64,000 nt of DNA from an uncultured Pelagibacteraceae bacterium (GCA_902580275.1 CACHJZ010000005.1:36065-100064), one strand, 5' to 3'. Positions 10,283 to 19,528 are shown, counted from the first letter of the stretch. Made by a program: numbers and translations. The notes: generated from the sequence alone by a model not told the origin.

Positions 10283-10546
10283 TTAGTCGACATTAAGTGA
10301 TACAAAAATTACTATTAAAATAAGACCAATAATAAGGATGTGGTTTCCTAAATCAAAAATTCCAACTTTATTATTTTTTTTATCTATTATTTTTCTGTGC
10401 AATGGAAGCTGATCATACGGGTTAAGTTTAATATTTGGCCCCTCTTCTTTTTCGTTTTCGACTTTTACAGAATATCCAAACCATGTGATGTAGATAAAAA
10501 AACCAAAAAATATTAATAATCCCGCTAAGATTGTATAACCGTCCAT
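10283..10546 (-). CDS. Hypothetical two-TM membrane protein (87 aa) within the oxidase operon
   Basis: N- and C-terminal hydrophobic helices with a charged loop between them; abuts neighbours by 0-2 nt. Confidence 0.7.
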   Translation of the reverse strand: MDGYTILAGLLIFFGFFIYITWFGYSVKVENEKEEGPNIKLNPYDQLPLHRKIIDKKNNKVGIFDLGNHILIIGLILIVIFVSLNVD

Positions 10547-10906
10547 TTACGCACCTCCTCCAACAAAGAAATAAAACATTCTTGAAAATAAAGTATATTC
10601 AAATTCTGCAGCCATTAAAAATACAAAACAGGCTATTGCGGTCATCGGCCATAACAATACGTTAACTAACGCATATCTTTCCCAAAATAGATGCATAAAG
10701 AATGCCATTATTAGTCCGGCTTTTGCAAACATAAAAAATAAAATCAAAGACCATCTCAACATTCCTTGAAACTGATACCAGTCAACCATATAAGAGAAAA
10801 AACTTAGTACAAAAAGTAGGCCCCATATCCATAAATAAATACCTATTTTATGCGTTGATTCTACTGGTTTCTTATCTTTTTCGTTTATTTGATTTGTATC
10901 ATCCAT
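10547..10906 (-). CDS. Cytochrome c oxidase subunit IV family protein (CoxQ-like)
   Basis: Three TMs, AKAGLIMAFFMHLFWE signature of prokaryotic COX4. Confidence 0.88.
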   Translation of the reverse strand: MDDTNQINEKDKKPVESTHKIGIYLWIWGLLFVLSFFSYMVDWYQFQGMLRWSLILFFMFAKAGLIMAFFMHLFWERYALVNVLLWPMTAIACFVFLMAAEFEYTLFSRMFYFFVGGGA

Positions 10907-10917
10907 ATAAAATTATT

Positions 10918-11631
10918 TTACCATAAGTAGAAAAATGCAAAAATAAAAACCCACACTAAATCAACAAAGTGCCAATATAAACCTAGAATTTCTATTTCAA
11001 CATAATCCCCTTTCATAGTTGTAAACCAACCTCTTTTACCACCATTCTCGTAATGACCTGCAAATACCTTGTATGCATATATAAACAAGAAAATTACACC
11101 AATTGATACGTGGGTGCCGTGAAAACCAGTTATCATAAAAAAGAAAGAACCAAACTGTGCAGCTCCAAATGGATTTTCCCAAGGTCTTACACCTTCATGA
11201 ATAAGTTTTGACCATTCATATGCTTGCATACCTACGAATGTCAGTCCACCAACAGCAGTTGCAAGAACAAGCCAGCCACACATTTTTCTGTTTTTCTCGT
11301 ATCCATACTTAACTGCTAGAGCCATTGTCCCACTACTTGTAATTAAAACGAACGTCATAAGTGCGATCAGTAATAAAGGAACTGGCACACCAAATGCCTC
11401 TAATGCAAATACTTCACTTGGATTTGGCCATTCGACTGGAGTTGAACCTCTTCCTTTCATATATGCAATTAAAAAACAACTAAATACAAATGTATCGCTC
11501 AGAAGGAATATCCACATCATTGCTTTACCCCAATGAACACCTTTGAACATTGTCTGGTCTGATCCAGTATCAGATGCCATACCTCTAAAACCTGGTTTTA
11601 ATTCAAAGCCATCTATTTTAGGATCTGACAT
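10918..11631 (-). CDS. Heme-copper oxidase subunit III family protein (CoxP-like)
   Basis: GKAMMWIFLLSDTFVF, TFVLITSSGTM, FFMITGFHGTHV, GLYWHFVDLVWVFIF. Confidence 0.92.
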   Translation of the reverse strand: MSDPKIDGFELKPGFRGMASDTGSDQTMFKGVHWGKAMMWIFLLSDTFVFSCFLIAYMKGRGSTPVEWPNPSEVFALEAFGVPVPLLLIALMTFVLITSSGTMALAVKYGYEKNRKMCGWLVLATAVGGLTFVGMQAYEWSKLIHEGVRPWENPFGAAQFGSFFFMITGFHGTHVSIGVIFLFIYAYKVFAGHYENGGKRGWFTTMKGDYVEIEILGLYWHFVDLVWVFIFAFFYLW

Positions 11632-11646
11632 GTTATAAATCTTTGA

Positions 11647-13482
11647 TTATGTTTTCTCCACTTTAGTATGAACCACTTCACTTGGAGGAGTGGTTTGAGG
11701 TATAAAATCATCTTTAGCCCCAGGCACACTGAAATCATACGGCCATCTGTGAACCACAGGCAATCTTTCACCAAAATTTCCATGTTCAGGTGGTTGTGTT
11801 GAAGTATGCCACTCTAAAGAATTTGCTTTCCATGGATTTTTAGGAGCTGGTTTTCCAGTCTTTAAAGTTTTAATTATATTGAAGATCAAAATAAATTGTG
11901 CTGCACCTACTAAGAAAGCAGCTAAACTAATAAATTCATTCATTCCTACAGCTGAAGTCATATACGGACTGTCATACATTTCATAATACCTTCTTGGAAC
12001 CCCTATAAATCCTAGATAATGCATTGGGAAGTATATCGAATAAGCGCCTAAGAATGTTGCCCAAAAGTGCCATTTACCTAAAGTCTCATTTAATAATCTT
12101 CCAGTTATTAATGGAAACCAATGATATACCGCTCCCATGATAACCATAACCGGGGCTATACCCATTACCATATGGAAATGAGCTACAACGAAATAAGTGT
12201 CTGATAATGGAACATCAACGGAAACATTTCCTAAAAATATACCAGTTATACCTCCATTAACAAATGTTACTATAAATCCTAAACACCAAAGCATTACTGT
12301 ATTAATTCTTATGTTTCCTCTCCACAATGTCAAAATCCAGTTATAAACTTTCATAGCGGTCGGTACTGCTATTATAAGTGTTGTGGTAGCAAAAAAGAAA
12401 CCAAACCATGGGTTCATCCCGCTTACATACATATGATGCGCCCAAACGAAAAAGCTTAAAGCGCCAATTCCAACAATTGCCCAAACCATCATTCTATATC
12501 CAAAAATATTTTTTCTTGCATGGACTGAAATTAAATCTGAAACAATACCAAAAGCAGGCAATGCCACAATATAAACTTCTGGGTGACCAAAAAACCAAAA
12601 TAAATGTTGGAATAAAATTGGACTTCCTCCACCATATTCCAAAACTTCACCAGCTTTTAAAATTGTAGGCATAAAGAAACTTGTTCCAATAACTTTATCC
12701 AGTGTCATCATTATTGCACTTACTAGTAAAGCTGGGAATGCTAACATAGCTAAAACAGTTGCTGTAAAAATTCCCCATACAGTTAGAGGCATTCTCATTA
12801 AAGTCATACCTCTTGTTCTAGCTTGTAAGACAGTGATCATGTAATTTAGTCCACCCATAGTGAAACCAATTACAAAAAGAGCCAAAGAGATCAACATTAG
12901 CAGAATACCCATTCCTGAACCTGGTGTACCCTCTAAAATAGTTTGTGGAGGATATAGTGTCCAGCCTGCTCCAGTTGGACCTCCTGGTACAAAGAAACTT
13001 GCCATTAAAATTGCTACTGCAACAAAGAACATCCAAAAACTTAACATGTTAACATATGGAAAAACCATATCTCTTGCACCAACCATCAACGGTATTAAAT
13101 AATTTCCAAAGCCTCCTAAAAACAAGGCAGTTAAAAAATAGACTACCATTATCATTCCATGCATTGTTACAAACTGATAATAGTGTTCGGCAGTTATAAA
13201 TCCTGCTAGCCCTGGAAAACCTAATTGTAATCTCATTAACCAAGATAAAATTAAACCCACAATTCCAGTAAAAACAGCAGTTAAAAAATATTGTACTCCA
13301 ATTACTTTTGCATCCTGACAAAAAACCCATTTAGTTAAAAAAGTATGACCGTGGTATAAATCTTGTTCTGGTAACTCAGCCGGTCTTACATAGTCCATAT
13401 CTGGAGTTGAACCCGCAGAACCTGTAAGTGCTTCTGATGATTGTGCTTGATAACCAGATTTATTTTCGTATTCGTCAGACAT
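11647..13482 (-). CDS. Cytochrome c oxidase subunit I, family A, CoxN-like
   Basis: All six His ligands (TMHG, GHPEVY, WAHHM, AHFH), PRRY, D-channel GARDM..N, K-channel PTAMK. Confidence 0.95.
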   Translation of the reverse strand: MSDEYENKSGYQAQSSEALTGSAGSTPDMDYVRPAELPEQDLYHGHTFLTKWVFCQDAKVIGVQYFLTAVFTGIVGLILSWLMRLQLGFPGLAGFITAEHYYQFVTMHGMIMVVYFLTALFLGGFGNYLIPLMVGARDMVFPYVNMLSFWMFFVAVAILMASFFVPGGPTGAGWTLYPPQTILEGTPGSGMGILLMLISLALFVIGFTMGGLNYMITVLQARTRGMTLMRMPLTVWGIFTATVLAMLAFPALLVSAIMMTLDKVIGTSFFMPTILKAGEVLEYGGGSPILFQHLFWFFGHPEVYIVALPAFGIVSDLISVHARKNIFGYRMMVWAIVGIGALSFFVWAHHMYVSGMNPWFGFFFATTTLIIAVPTAMKVYNWILTLWRGNIRINTVMLWCLGFIVTFVNGGITGIFLGNVSVDVPLSDTYFVVAHFHMVMGIAPVMVIMGAVYHWFPLITGRLLNETLGKWHFWATFLGAYSIYFPMHYLGFIGVPRRYYEMYDSPYMTSAVGMNEFISLAAFLVGAAQFILIFNIIKTLKTGKPAPKNPWKANSLEWHTSTQPPEHGNFGERLPVVHRWPYDFSVPGAKDDFIPQTTPPSEVVHTKVEKT

Positions 13483-13484
13483 AA

Positions 13485-14357
13485 TTATTTTTCCTCTTTA
13501 TATATAACTTTTTCAATATTTGAATTATTTTTTGCGACCTTTTTTGTCTCAATTTCCTTGTTTTGCTTAGCTAAAAGGTCTGAGAAGGTTTCTTGTTCTC
13601 CCAACCATTCTTGGTAACTATTTGGATCTTGCACCTCTACCCCACCTCTCATTGCATAATGACCGACGCCGCAATATTCAGCACATAAAACTTCATATTC
13701 ACCCACTTTGTTAGGCTCAAACCAATAATATGTTACAACTCCAGGCACAGCATCCATCTTTGCTCTAAATTGAGGCACGTACCAATTATGAAGCACATCT
13801 ACAGATCTTAATAAAATTTTTACTGGTCTATTATTTTCTAAATTAATTATATCACTTTGCACCATTACATCGTCTCTCCCGAAAGGATCGTCTAGGTTGA
13901 TACCAAATGGGTTATCGTCATTTATATTTACAACTTTTGTAGTGCCGAGTTTTCCATCATTGCCAGGCAGTCTATATTGCCAGCCCCATTGCCATGCCAT
14001 GACATCTATCTCAATTGAGTTTTTTGGAACGTTTACATATTGGTTCCAAATTATTAATCCTGGAGCTAGTAGAGCTGCAACTCCAAGTGTAGTGGCTACT
14101 GTTAAAATTTTTTCTAATTTTTTATCTTCAGGTTTATACTCTGCTTTTCTATCTTCTTTATAAGAATACTTAAAAACGCAATAAATCATGAAAAGACAAA
14201 CAGCTACAAATACTCCTCCACCTACCCAAAAGGTGAGAGTTATAGTATCGTCCATTCCTTTCCAGTTTGATGCAATATCAGTCCAATACCAAGGTGTAAA
14301 AATATGGAAAAGTATTGAACCTAAAATGACTAAAAAAAATATTATACCTGCATGCAT
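13485..14357 (-). CDS. Cytochrome c oxidase subunit II with CuA, CoxM-like
   Basis: DVLH...CAEYCGVGHYAM CuA motif, WQWGW; no CxxCH cytochrome c fusion. Confidence 0.94.
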   Translation of the reverse strand: MHAGIIFFLVILGSILFHIFTPWYWTDIASNWKGMDDTITLTFWVGGGVFVAVCLFMIYCVFKYSYKEDRKAEYKPEDKKLEKILTVATTLGVAALLAPGLIIWNQYVNVPKNSIEIDVMAWQWGWQYRLPGNDGKLGTTKVVNINDDNPFGINLDDPFGRDDVMVQSDIINLENNRPVKILLRSVDVLHNWYVPQFRAKMDAVPGVVTYYWFEPNKVGEYEVLCAEYCGVGHYAMRGGVEVQDPNSYQEWLGEQETFSDLLAKQNKEIETKKVAKNNSNIEKVIYKEEK

Positions 14358-14392
14358 GGCTATTTATATAGATTATTAATAGTATAAATACC

Positions 14393-14409
14393 TATGACAA
14401 AATGTCATA
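14393..14409. promoter_or_regulatory. Palindromic operator upstream of the oxidase operon (RegA/RegR-box-like)
   Basis: Perfect inverted repeat TATGACA-aaa-TGTCATA in an 88-bp divergent intergenic region. Confidence 0.55.
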
Positions 14410-14445
14410 AAATTAAAGAAAATAAACTTATATATACAGTAAATT

Positions 14446-14640
14446 ATGCTCGGTAAATTTGGAATTCTTGTAGTCTTACTCATTTTGGTCTTATTATTTT
14501 ATGTTGTCATATCCTTCGGGGCTGGGGCGTTCTCAAAAGGAGAAACAAAACCAGAAACAAAGAAATATTTAAAGTCAGTAAAAATATTGTTAGCTGTTAT
14601 CGCTGTTGTAGGGTCAATACTTGTGCTTTTTCTTAATTAA
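14446..14640 (+). CDS. Hypothetical two-TM membrane protein (64 aa)
   Basis: Two hydrophobic helices joined by a Lys-rich loop; fills the gap between coxII and the second subunit III; stop shared (TTAA) with the convergent gene. Confidence 0.7.
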   Translation: MLGKFGILVVLLILVLLFYVVISFGAGAFSKGETKPETKKYLKSVKILLAVIAVVGSILVLFLN

Positions 14641-15317
14641 GAAATAAGTGTTTTGCACCAAGCAATAAATGAGTCATTAAAAATATAAATCATTAAAAAG
14701 AAAGCTAACCAAACTACTAATAAAAACATCCAGTACATTGATAACGCAGAGATATTATTTTCCTCATCTAAAATTTTATTCTGTTCCATTTTTAAAATTC
14801 TACCAGCTACTCTACCCCAAAAAAATAATCCTCCAAGCAAGTGCATTCCATGAAGTGCAGTGAAAATATAAAATGATGAGAAATATGAATTAGTTGAAAC
14901 ATAGTTTCCACTTTGCATTAATTGCACCCAAAAATACAATTGCCCAAATAAAAACAAATAACTTAGGCCACCAACTAAGACTATGTTTCTTTTAATTCTG
15001 ATAGTTTCTTTTTGCTTTAAGTCGCTAGTTATTTTTGAAAAAAAGTAAGCAATAACAAAAAGTACAAAAGTATTAATCCAAAGAAAGTTTGGTTTTAAAA
15101 GATATCTAGTGTCTTGTTCAGGTGGGATAGAATAAATGTACCCTGTAAATATTAAGCTAAACAAAACAGTTGCAATACCAAAGATAATTATTACAGCAGA
15201 AGTCTGAACTGAAAGGTCGAAAGTCTTACCTATATGAGCATCATCTATTTTTGCTCTATCACTCTCCCAAGGTTTTTCAGTTAGTGTGCCGAAAAGTTTC
15301 TTTATAAAATTGCTCAT
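14637..15317 (-). CDS. Second heme-copper oxidase subunit III paralogue (CoxO-like)
   Basis: LTEKPW N-terminus, LWINTFVL, SSFYIFTALHGMHLLGGL, YWMFLLVVW. Confidence 0.85.
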   Translation of the reverse strand: MSNFIKKLFGTLTEKPWESDRAKIDDAHIGKTFDLSVQTSAVIIIFGIATVLFSLIFTGYIYSIPPEQDTRYLLKPNFLWINTFVLFVIAYFFSKITSDLKQKETIRIKRNIVLVGGLSYLFLFGQLYFWVQLMQSGNYVSTNSYFSSFYIFTALHGMHLLGGLFFWGRVAGRILKMEQNKILDEENNISALSMYWMFLLVVWLAFFLMIYIFNDSFIAWCKTLIS

Positions 15318-15353
15318 GGATCCTATATAATAAATAAAAATTATTTATCAACA

Positions 15354-15944
15354 ATGAAAATAAAAACATCAATTGCAATTATAAGTGGATGTCTGGTTAT
15401 TTTTCTGTTTTTAATGCTACCAGTTTTTTTATCTATTCAAAATCAGAAGGAAGATCTTGTCGCATCATTTAAAGGGTCAACTTTTTCACTTAAAGATGTA
15501 AATAATAATACAATAACTGAAAAATCTTTTGAAGGACCTTTAACAGCAATTTTTTTTGGTTTTACAAACTGCCCTGACATATGTCCAATGACGTTAAGCA
15601 ATATAGATTTAGTTATTAAAAATTTAAATGAACAGAAAAAGAAAAAATTTAAGGTTTTCTTTGTAAGCATAGATCCTGAGAGAGATAGCCCGAGTGTAAT
15701 AAAAAATTATCTAGACACATTTGAAAACCAAATGTTTGGAATAACTGGTGATCCAAAAAAAGTTTTTCTATTATCTCAATCCTGGGGTGTCTTATCAGAA
15801 AAAATATTTAATGAAGATGGAAATTATTTAATTAATCATAGTTCGTCGGTATTACTTTTAAAAGATGGAAAGTATTTAGACAGAATTAATCATCATGCTA
15901 AATACAAGGATATGTTCAAGGTGATAGATAAATATTTAAGATAA
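15354..15944 (+). CDS. SCO1/SenC family copper chaperone
   Basis: FFGFTNCPDICP, SIDPERD, NHSS; N-terminal membrane anchor. Confidence 0.93.
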   Translation: MKIKTSIAIISGCLVIFLFLMLPVFLSIQNQKEDLVASFKGSTFSLKDVNNNTITEKSFEGPLTAIFFGFTNCPDICPMTLSNIDLVIKNLNEQKKKKFKVFFVSIDPERDSPSVIKNYLDTFENQMFGITGDPKKVFLLSQSWGVLSEKIFNEDGNYLINHSSSVLLLKDGKYLDRINHHAKYKDMFKVIDKYLR

Positions 15945-16637
15945 TAAAGTATAACTGATTATAGAAATCATCGATATTGCAGCAGTTTCAGATCTTAAAA
16001 TATTTTTATTAATATTTATAGGAATTATATTTTTCATTTTAGAAATTATTTCTCTTTCTTTAATGGAGAAATCACCCTCTGGACCAATCAGAATACATAA
16101 CGGCTCATCTCTTTTAATATCAATTTTTTTATTTTTCGAATTAAGATCACCAAAATGAATTGTTATATCAATATTTTCTTTTAAAAATTCTTCAAGATTT
16201 TTTAATTTATCTAAAGTTGGTAAACTTAATCTATTACTTTGTTCTGATGCTTCAACAATAATTTTTTTTATTCTTTTTTCATTTATCTTTCTTACGACAG
16301 TACGATCGGTAAGCAGAGGGATAAATCTGGTTACTCCAAGCTCGGTGGCTTTTTGAATCATTAAGTTGAGATAATTTAGTTTAATAGGGGTGAAGGCAAG
16401 CCATATTTCTGTTGGATTATCTACTGACCTTAATTTTTTTTCTACTGAAAACTCTACAATTCCTCTTATTATATTTTCTACTTTTGCCTCAAATTCTCCA
16501 GATTGATTAAACAAACTAAAATTTTGCCCTTCTTTAATTCTCATCACCTTATGAATATAGTGTGATTGAGTTTTATCTAATTTAGATTTTAAATTTATAT
16601 ATAAACTTTCATTAAAAAATAATCTAATATTACTCAT
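15936..16637 (-). CDS. rsmE: 16S rRNA m3U1498 methyltransferase
   Basis: HYIHKVMR, QKATELGV, EASEQS, IGPEGDFS, ILRSETAA. Confidence 0.95.
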   Translation of the reverse strand: MSNIRLFFNESLYINLKSKLDKTQSHYIHKVMRIKEGQNFSLFNQSGEFEAKVENIIRGIVEFSVEKKLRSVDNPTEIWLAFTPIKLNYLNLMIQKATELGVTRFIPLLTDRTVVRKINEKRIKKIIVEASEQSNRLSLPTLDKLKNLEEFLKENIDITIHFGDLNSKNKKIDIKRDEPLCILIGPEGDFSIKEREIISKMKNIIPININKNILRSETAAISMISIISYTLLS

Positions 16638-16653
16638 TTAAATAAGTTAATTT

Positions 16654-17316
16654 ATGAAAAATCTTAAAGCAATAATTTTCGATGCTTATGGAACTTTATT
16701 TGATGTAAATTCAGCAGCTGAGAAATGCAAAAGTAAAATTGGTGATAAGTGGGAAAATTTTGCAAATTATTGGAGAACAACCCAGTTAGAATATACATGG
16801 CTTAGAAGTATGATGAGTAGACATAAAAATTTCTGGCAAATAACTGAGGACAGCTTAGACAAATCTATGAAAAAATTTAAAATACAAAATAATATGAGAA
16901 GTGAGCTTTTAGACCTGTACAAAATTTTATCTCCATACCCAGAGGTTAAAGAAACCTTAAAACAACTTAAAAATAAAAACTATAAAATTGCTATTCTATC
17001 AAATGGAACACCTTCACTACTAAATGAGTTAGTTGAAAAAAATGACATGAAAAACTTATTTGATGATATTTTTTCTATAGAGGAGGTTGGAATATTTAAA
17101 CCAAGTTCAAAAGTATACGAAATCCCTGTTATAAAATATAAAATAGATAAAGGAGAGATTGCTTTTTTAAGTTCAAATACATGGGATATTTCTGGAGGTG
17201 GAAATTTTGGATACAATTGTTTCTGGGTCAATAGAAATAAAGATGTATTTGATAATTTAGATTATTCGCCCAAGTATGAATTAAAAAATTTAAATGAATT
17301 ACTTGATATTATTTAA
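16654..17316 (+). CDS. Haloacid dehalogenase type II (L-2-haloacid dehalogenase-like)
   Basis: FDAYGTLFD, WRTTQLEYTW, LSNG, FKP, SSNTWD. Confidence 0.88.
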   Translation: MKNLKAIIFDAYGTLFDVNSAAEKCKSKIGDKWENFANYWRTTQLEYTWLRSMMSRHKNFWQITEDSLDKSMKKFKIQNNMRSELLDLYKILSPYPEVKETLKQLKNKNYKIAILSNGTPSLLNELVEKNDMKNLFDDIFSIEEVGIFKPSSKVYEIPVIKYKIDKGEIAFLSSNTWDISGGGNFGYNCFWVNRNKDVFDNLDYSPKYELKNLNELLDII

Positions 17317-17340
17317 TTAAGTATTATTTCATAAATAATT

Positions 17341-17715
17341 ATGACAAATATTTTAGATCTTTTTGCAAGAGTATTAATTTCAACATTATTTTTAATAAAT
17401 GGAATTTTTAAAATAACTAATTATGATGGCACTGTAGACTGGATGGAAGGGTATGGTGTGCCTGGAATTCTTATAATCCCAGCAATAATGATAGAAATAT
17501 TAGGTCCAATTTTAATAATAGTAGGTTATCAAACAAAAATTACTGCGGCATTTTTAAGTTTATTTTGTCTGCTAACAGCAATTATATTCCACAATGAATT
17601 TAGCAACCAAATGCAACTAACCTCTTTTTTAAAGAACATTGCATTAGCAGGTGGATTTTTGTTTCTTGTTATTAATGGTTCAAAAAAATTCAGTTTAGAC
17701 AATAAACGTAAGTAA
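17341..17715 (+). CDS. DoxX family membrane protein
   Basis: GIFKI...E.LG...G..T, FH, FLKNIALAGGFL, G.FSLD. Confidence 0.88.
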   Translation: MTNILDLFARVLISTLFLINGIFKITNYDGTVDWMEGYGVPGILIIPAIMIEILGPILIIVGYQTKITAAFLSLFCLLTAIIFHNEFSNQMQLTSFLKNIALAGGFLFLVINGSKKFSLDNKRK

Positions 17716-17717
17716 TT

Positions 17718-18554
17718 ATGAAAAACATTGAAGTCGAGAAAATAATCAAGCCCATACTTTCGTCAGATGGTGCTGGTGTTAAATTGAAAAGAAGTATTGG
17801 GGTAGAACCAAATTATTATGATCCATTTTTAATGTTAGATGAGTTTGGATCAGAAGATAAAGAGGATTATATAGGTGGTTTTCCACCACATCCTCATAGA
17901 GGAATAGAAACAGTAACATACATGCTTCACGGTGAGTTTGAGCATAAAGATAGTACTGGCGGAAAAGGTAGAATGAAAGCTGGTGATGTGCAGTGGATGA
18001 AAACTGGAAGCGGTATTATTCATTCAGAAATGCCTGCAATGAGCGATGGAAAACTTCAAGGTTTCCAATTATGGATTAACATGCCTGCTAAATTAAAAAT
18101 GAGTAAACCTGAGTACATTTATATCGACTCTAAGGAAATGCAGATACATAAGGATCTGGATAAGACTGTAAAAACAATAGCGGGTAAATTTGAAAAAGCT
18201 GAAGGTCCAATCAAAGGTCATAATGTAGAACCAATTTATTTTGATATAGAATTAAATAAAGATAAAGGGTTTGTATTTGATCTTCCTATTACTCACAATT
18301 CACTAATTTATTTAGTAAATGGTGAAATTCAAATTGGAGAAAAGAAACATGAAAGAATTAGTAATTCAAATTTAATTTTACTATCTAAGGGTGAAAATCT
18401 TAAAGTAAAAAGCGTTTCTAATTCAAAATTCTTGCTTATTTCTGGAAAACCCATTAATGAACAAATTGCTAGAGGAGGTCCGTTCGTTATGAATACTAAA
18501 TCTGAAATTTTACAAGCAGTGAATGATTATCATAATGGAACTTTCGTAAAATAG
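17718..18554 (+). CDS. Pirin family protein
   Basis: DPFLMLD, FPPHPHRGIETVTY, GIIHSEMP, QLWIN, GPFVMN. Confidence 0.94.
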   Translation: MKNIEVEKIIKPILSSDGAGVKLKRSIGVEPNYYDPFLMLDEFGSEDKEDYIGGFPPHPHRGIETVTYMLHGEFEHKDSTGGKGRMKAGDVQWMKTGSGIIHSEMPAMSDGKLQGFQLWINMPAKLKMSKPEYIYIDSKEMQIHKDLDKTVKTIAGKFEKAEGPIKGHNVEPIYFDIELNKDKGFVFDLPITHNSLIYLVNGEIQIGEKKHERISNSNLILLSKGENLKVKSVSNSKFLLISGKPINEQIARGGPFVMNTKSEILQAVNDYHNGTFVK

Positions 18555-19528
18555 TGCAAGCAATTGAAATAAAAAAAACTGGTGGTCCTGAAGTTTTAGA
18601 GCTAAAAGATATCCAGCTTGAAGATCCTAAAGATGGTGAAGTTCTTATTAAGCATACAGCGATTGGTTTAAATTATATCGATACATATCACAGATCAGGC
18701 TTATATCCTCTTCCGCTACCATCAGGAATAGGATTAGAAGCAGCTGGTATAATAGAAAAAATTGGAAAAAATGTTGGTGATTTTAAAGAGGGAGATAAAG
18801 TTGCATATGCTGCTGCACCGATAGGCTCTTACTCTTCACATAGAATTTATCCTGTCAAAAGTTTAGTAAAGGTTCCAGATGGAATAGATCTTGAGGTTGT
18901 TGCAACATTAATGACTAAAGGTCTGACAACTTTTTATCTATTACATAAAACATACGCTGTAAAATCAGGTCAAAAAATATTATTTCACGCTGCAGCGGGA
19001 GGCGTTGGTCAAATTTTTTGTCAATGGGCAAAAAGTTTAGGTTGTGATGTGATAGGAACTGTTGGGTCTGATGAAAAACTCGAAATTGCAAAAAAATTTG
19101 GTTGTACTCATGTAATTAATTACTCTAAAGAAGATTTTCAAAAAAAAGTGATGGAAATAACCAATGAGGAAGGTTTGCCAGTTGTCTATGATGGTGTTGG
19201 AAAAGTAACAATGGAAAAATCTCTCGGATGTTTAAAAATGAGAGGGACTTTTGTTTCTTTTGGAAATGCTTCAGGAAAACTTGACCCTCTTGATGTTGGA
19301 AAGTTAATCGCACCAAAAGGACTATTTTTAACTCGTCCTAGTATTGCGCACTATACTGCAACAAGAAAAGAATTGGACGAAGCAGCTGATAAACTTTTCG
19401 AAATGGTGAAAACACAAAAAGTAAAAATTGATATTTTTAAAAAATATGGCTTAAAGGATGCCGTAAATGCCCATAAAGATTTAGAGGGAAGAAAAATTAT
19501 TGGACCCGCAATTATAGTTCCTAATTAG
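18554..19528 (+). CDS. qor: NADPH:quinone oxidoreductase (zeta-crystallin family)
   Basis: GGPEVL, GLNYIDTYHRSGLY, HAAAGGVG, VYDGVG; GTG start. Confidence 0.9.
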   Translation: MQAIEIKKTGGPEVLELKDIQLEDPKDGEVLIKHTAIGLNYIDTYHRSGLYPLPLPSGIGLEAAGIIEKIGKNVGDFKEGDKVAYAAAPIGSYSSHRIYPVKSLVKVPDGIDLEVVATLMTKGLTTFYLLHKTYAVKSGQKILFHAAAGGVGQIFCQWAKSLGCDVIGTVGSDEKLEIAKKFGCTHVINYSKEDFQKKVMEITNEEGLPVVYDGVGKVTMEKSLGCLKMRGTFVSFGNASGKLDPLDVGKLIAPKGLFLTRPSIAHYTATRKELDEAADKLFEMVKTQKVKIDIFKKYGLKDAVNAHKDLEGRKIIGPAIIVPN

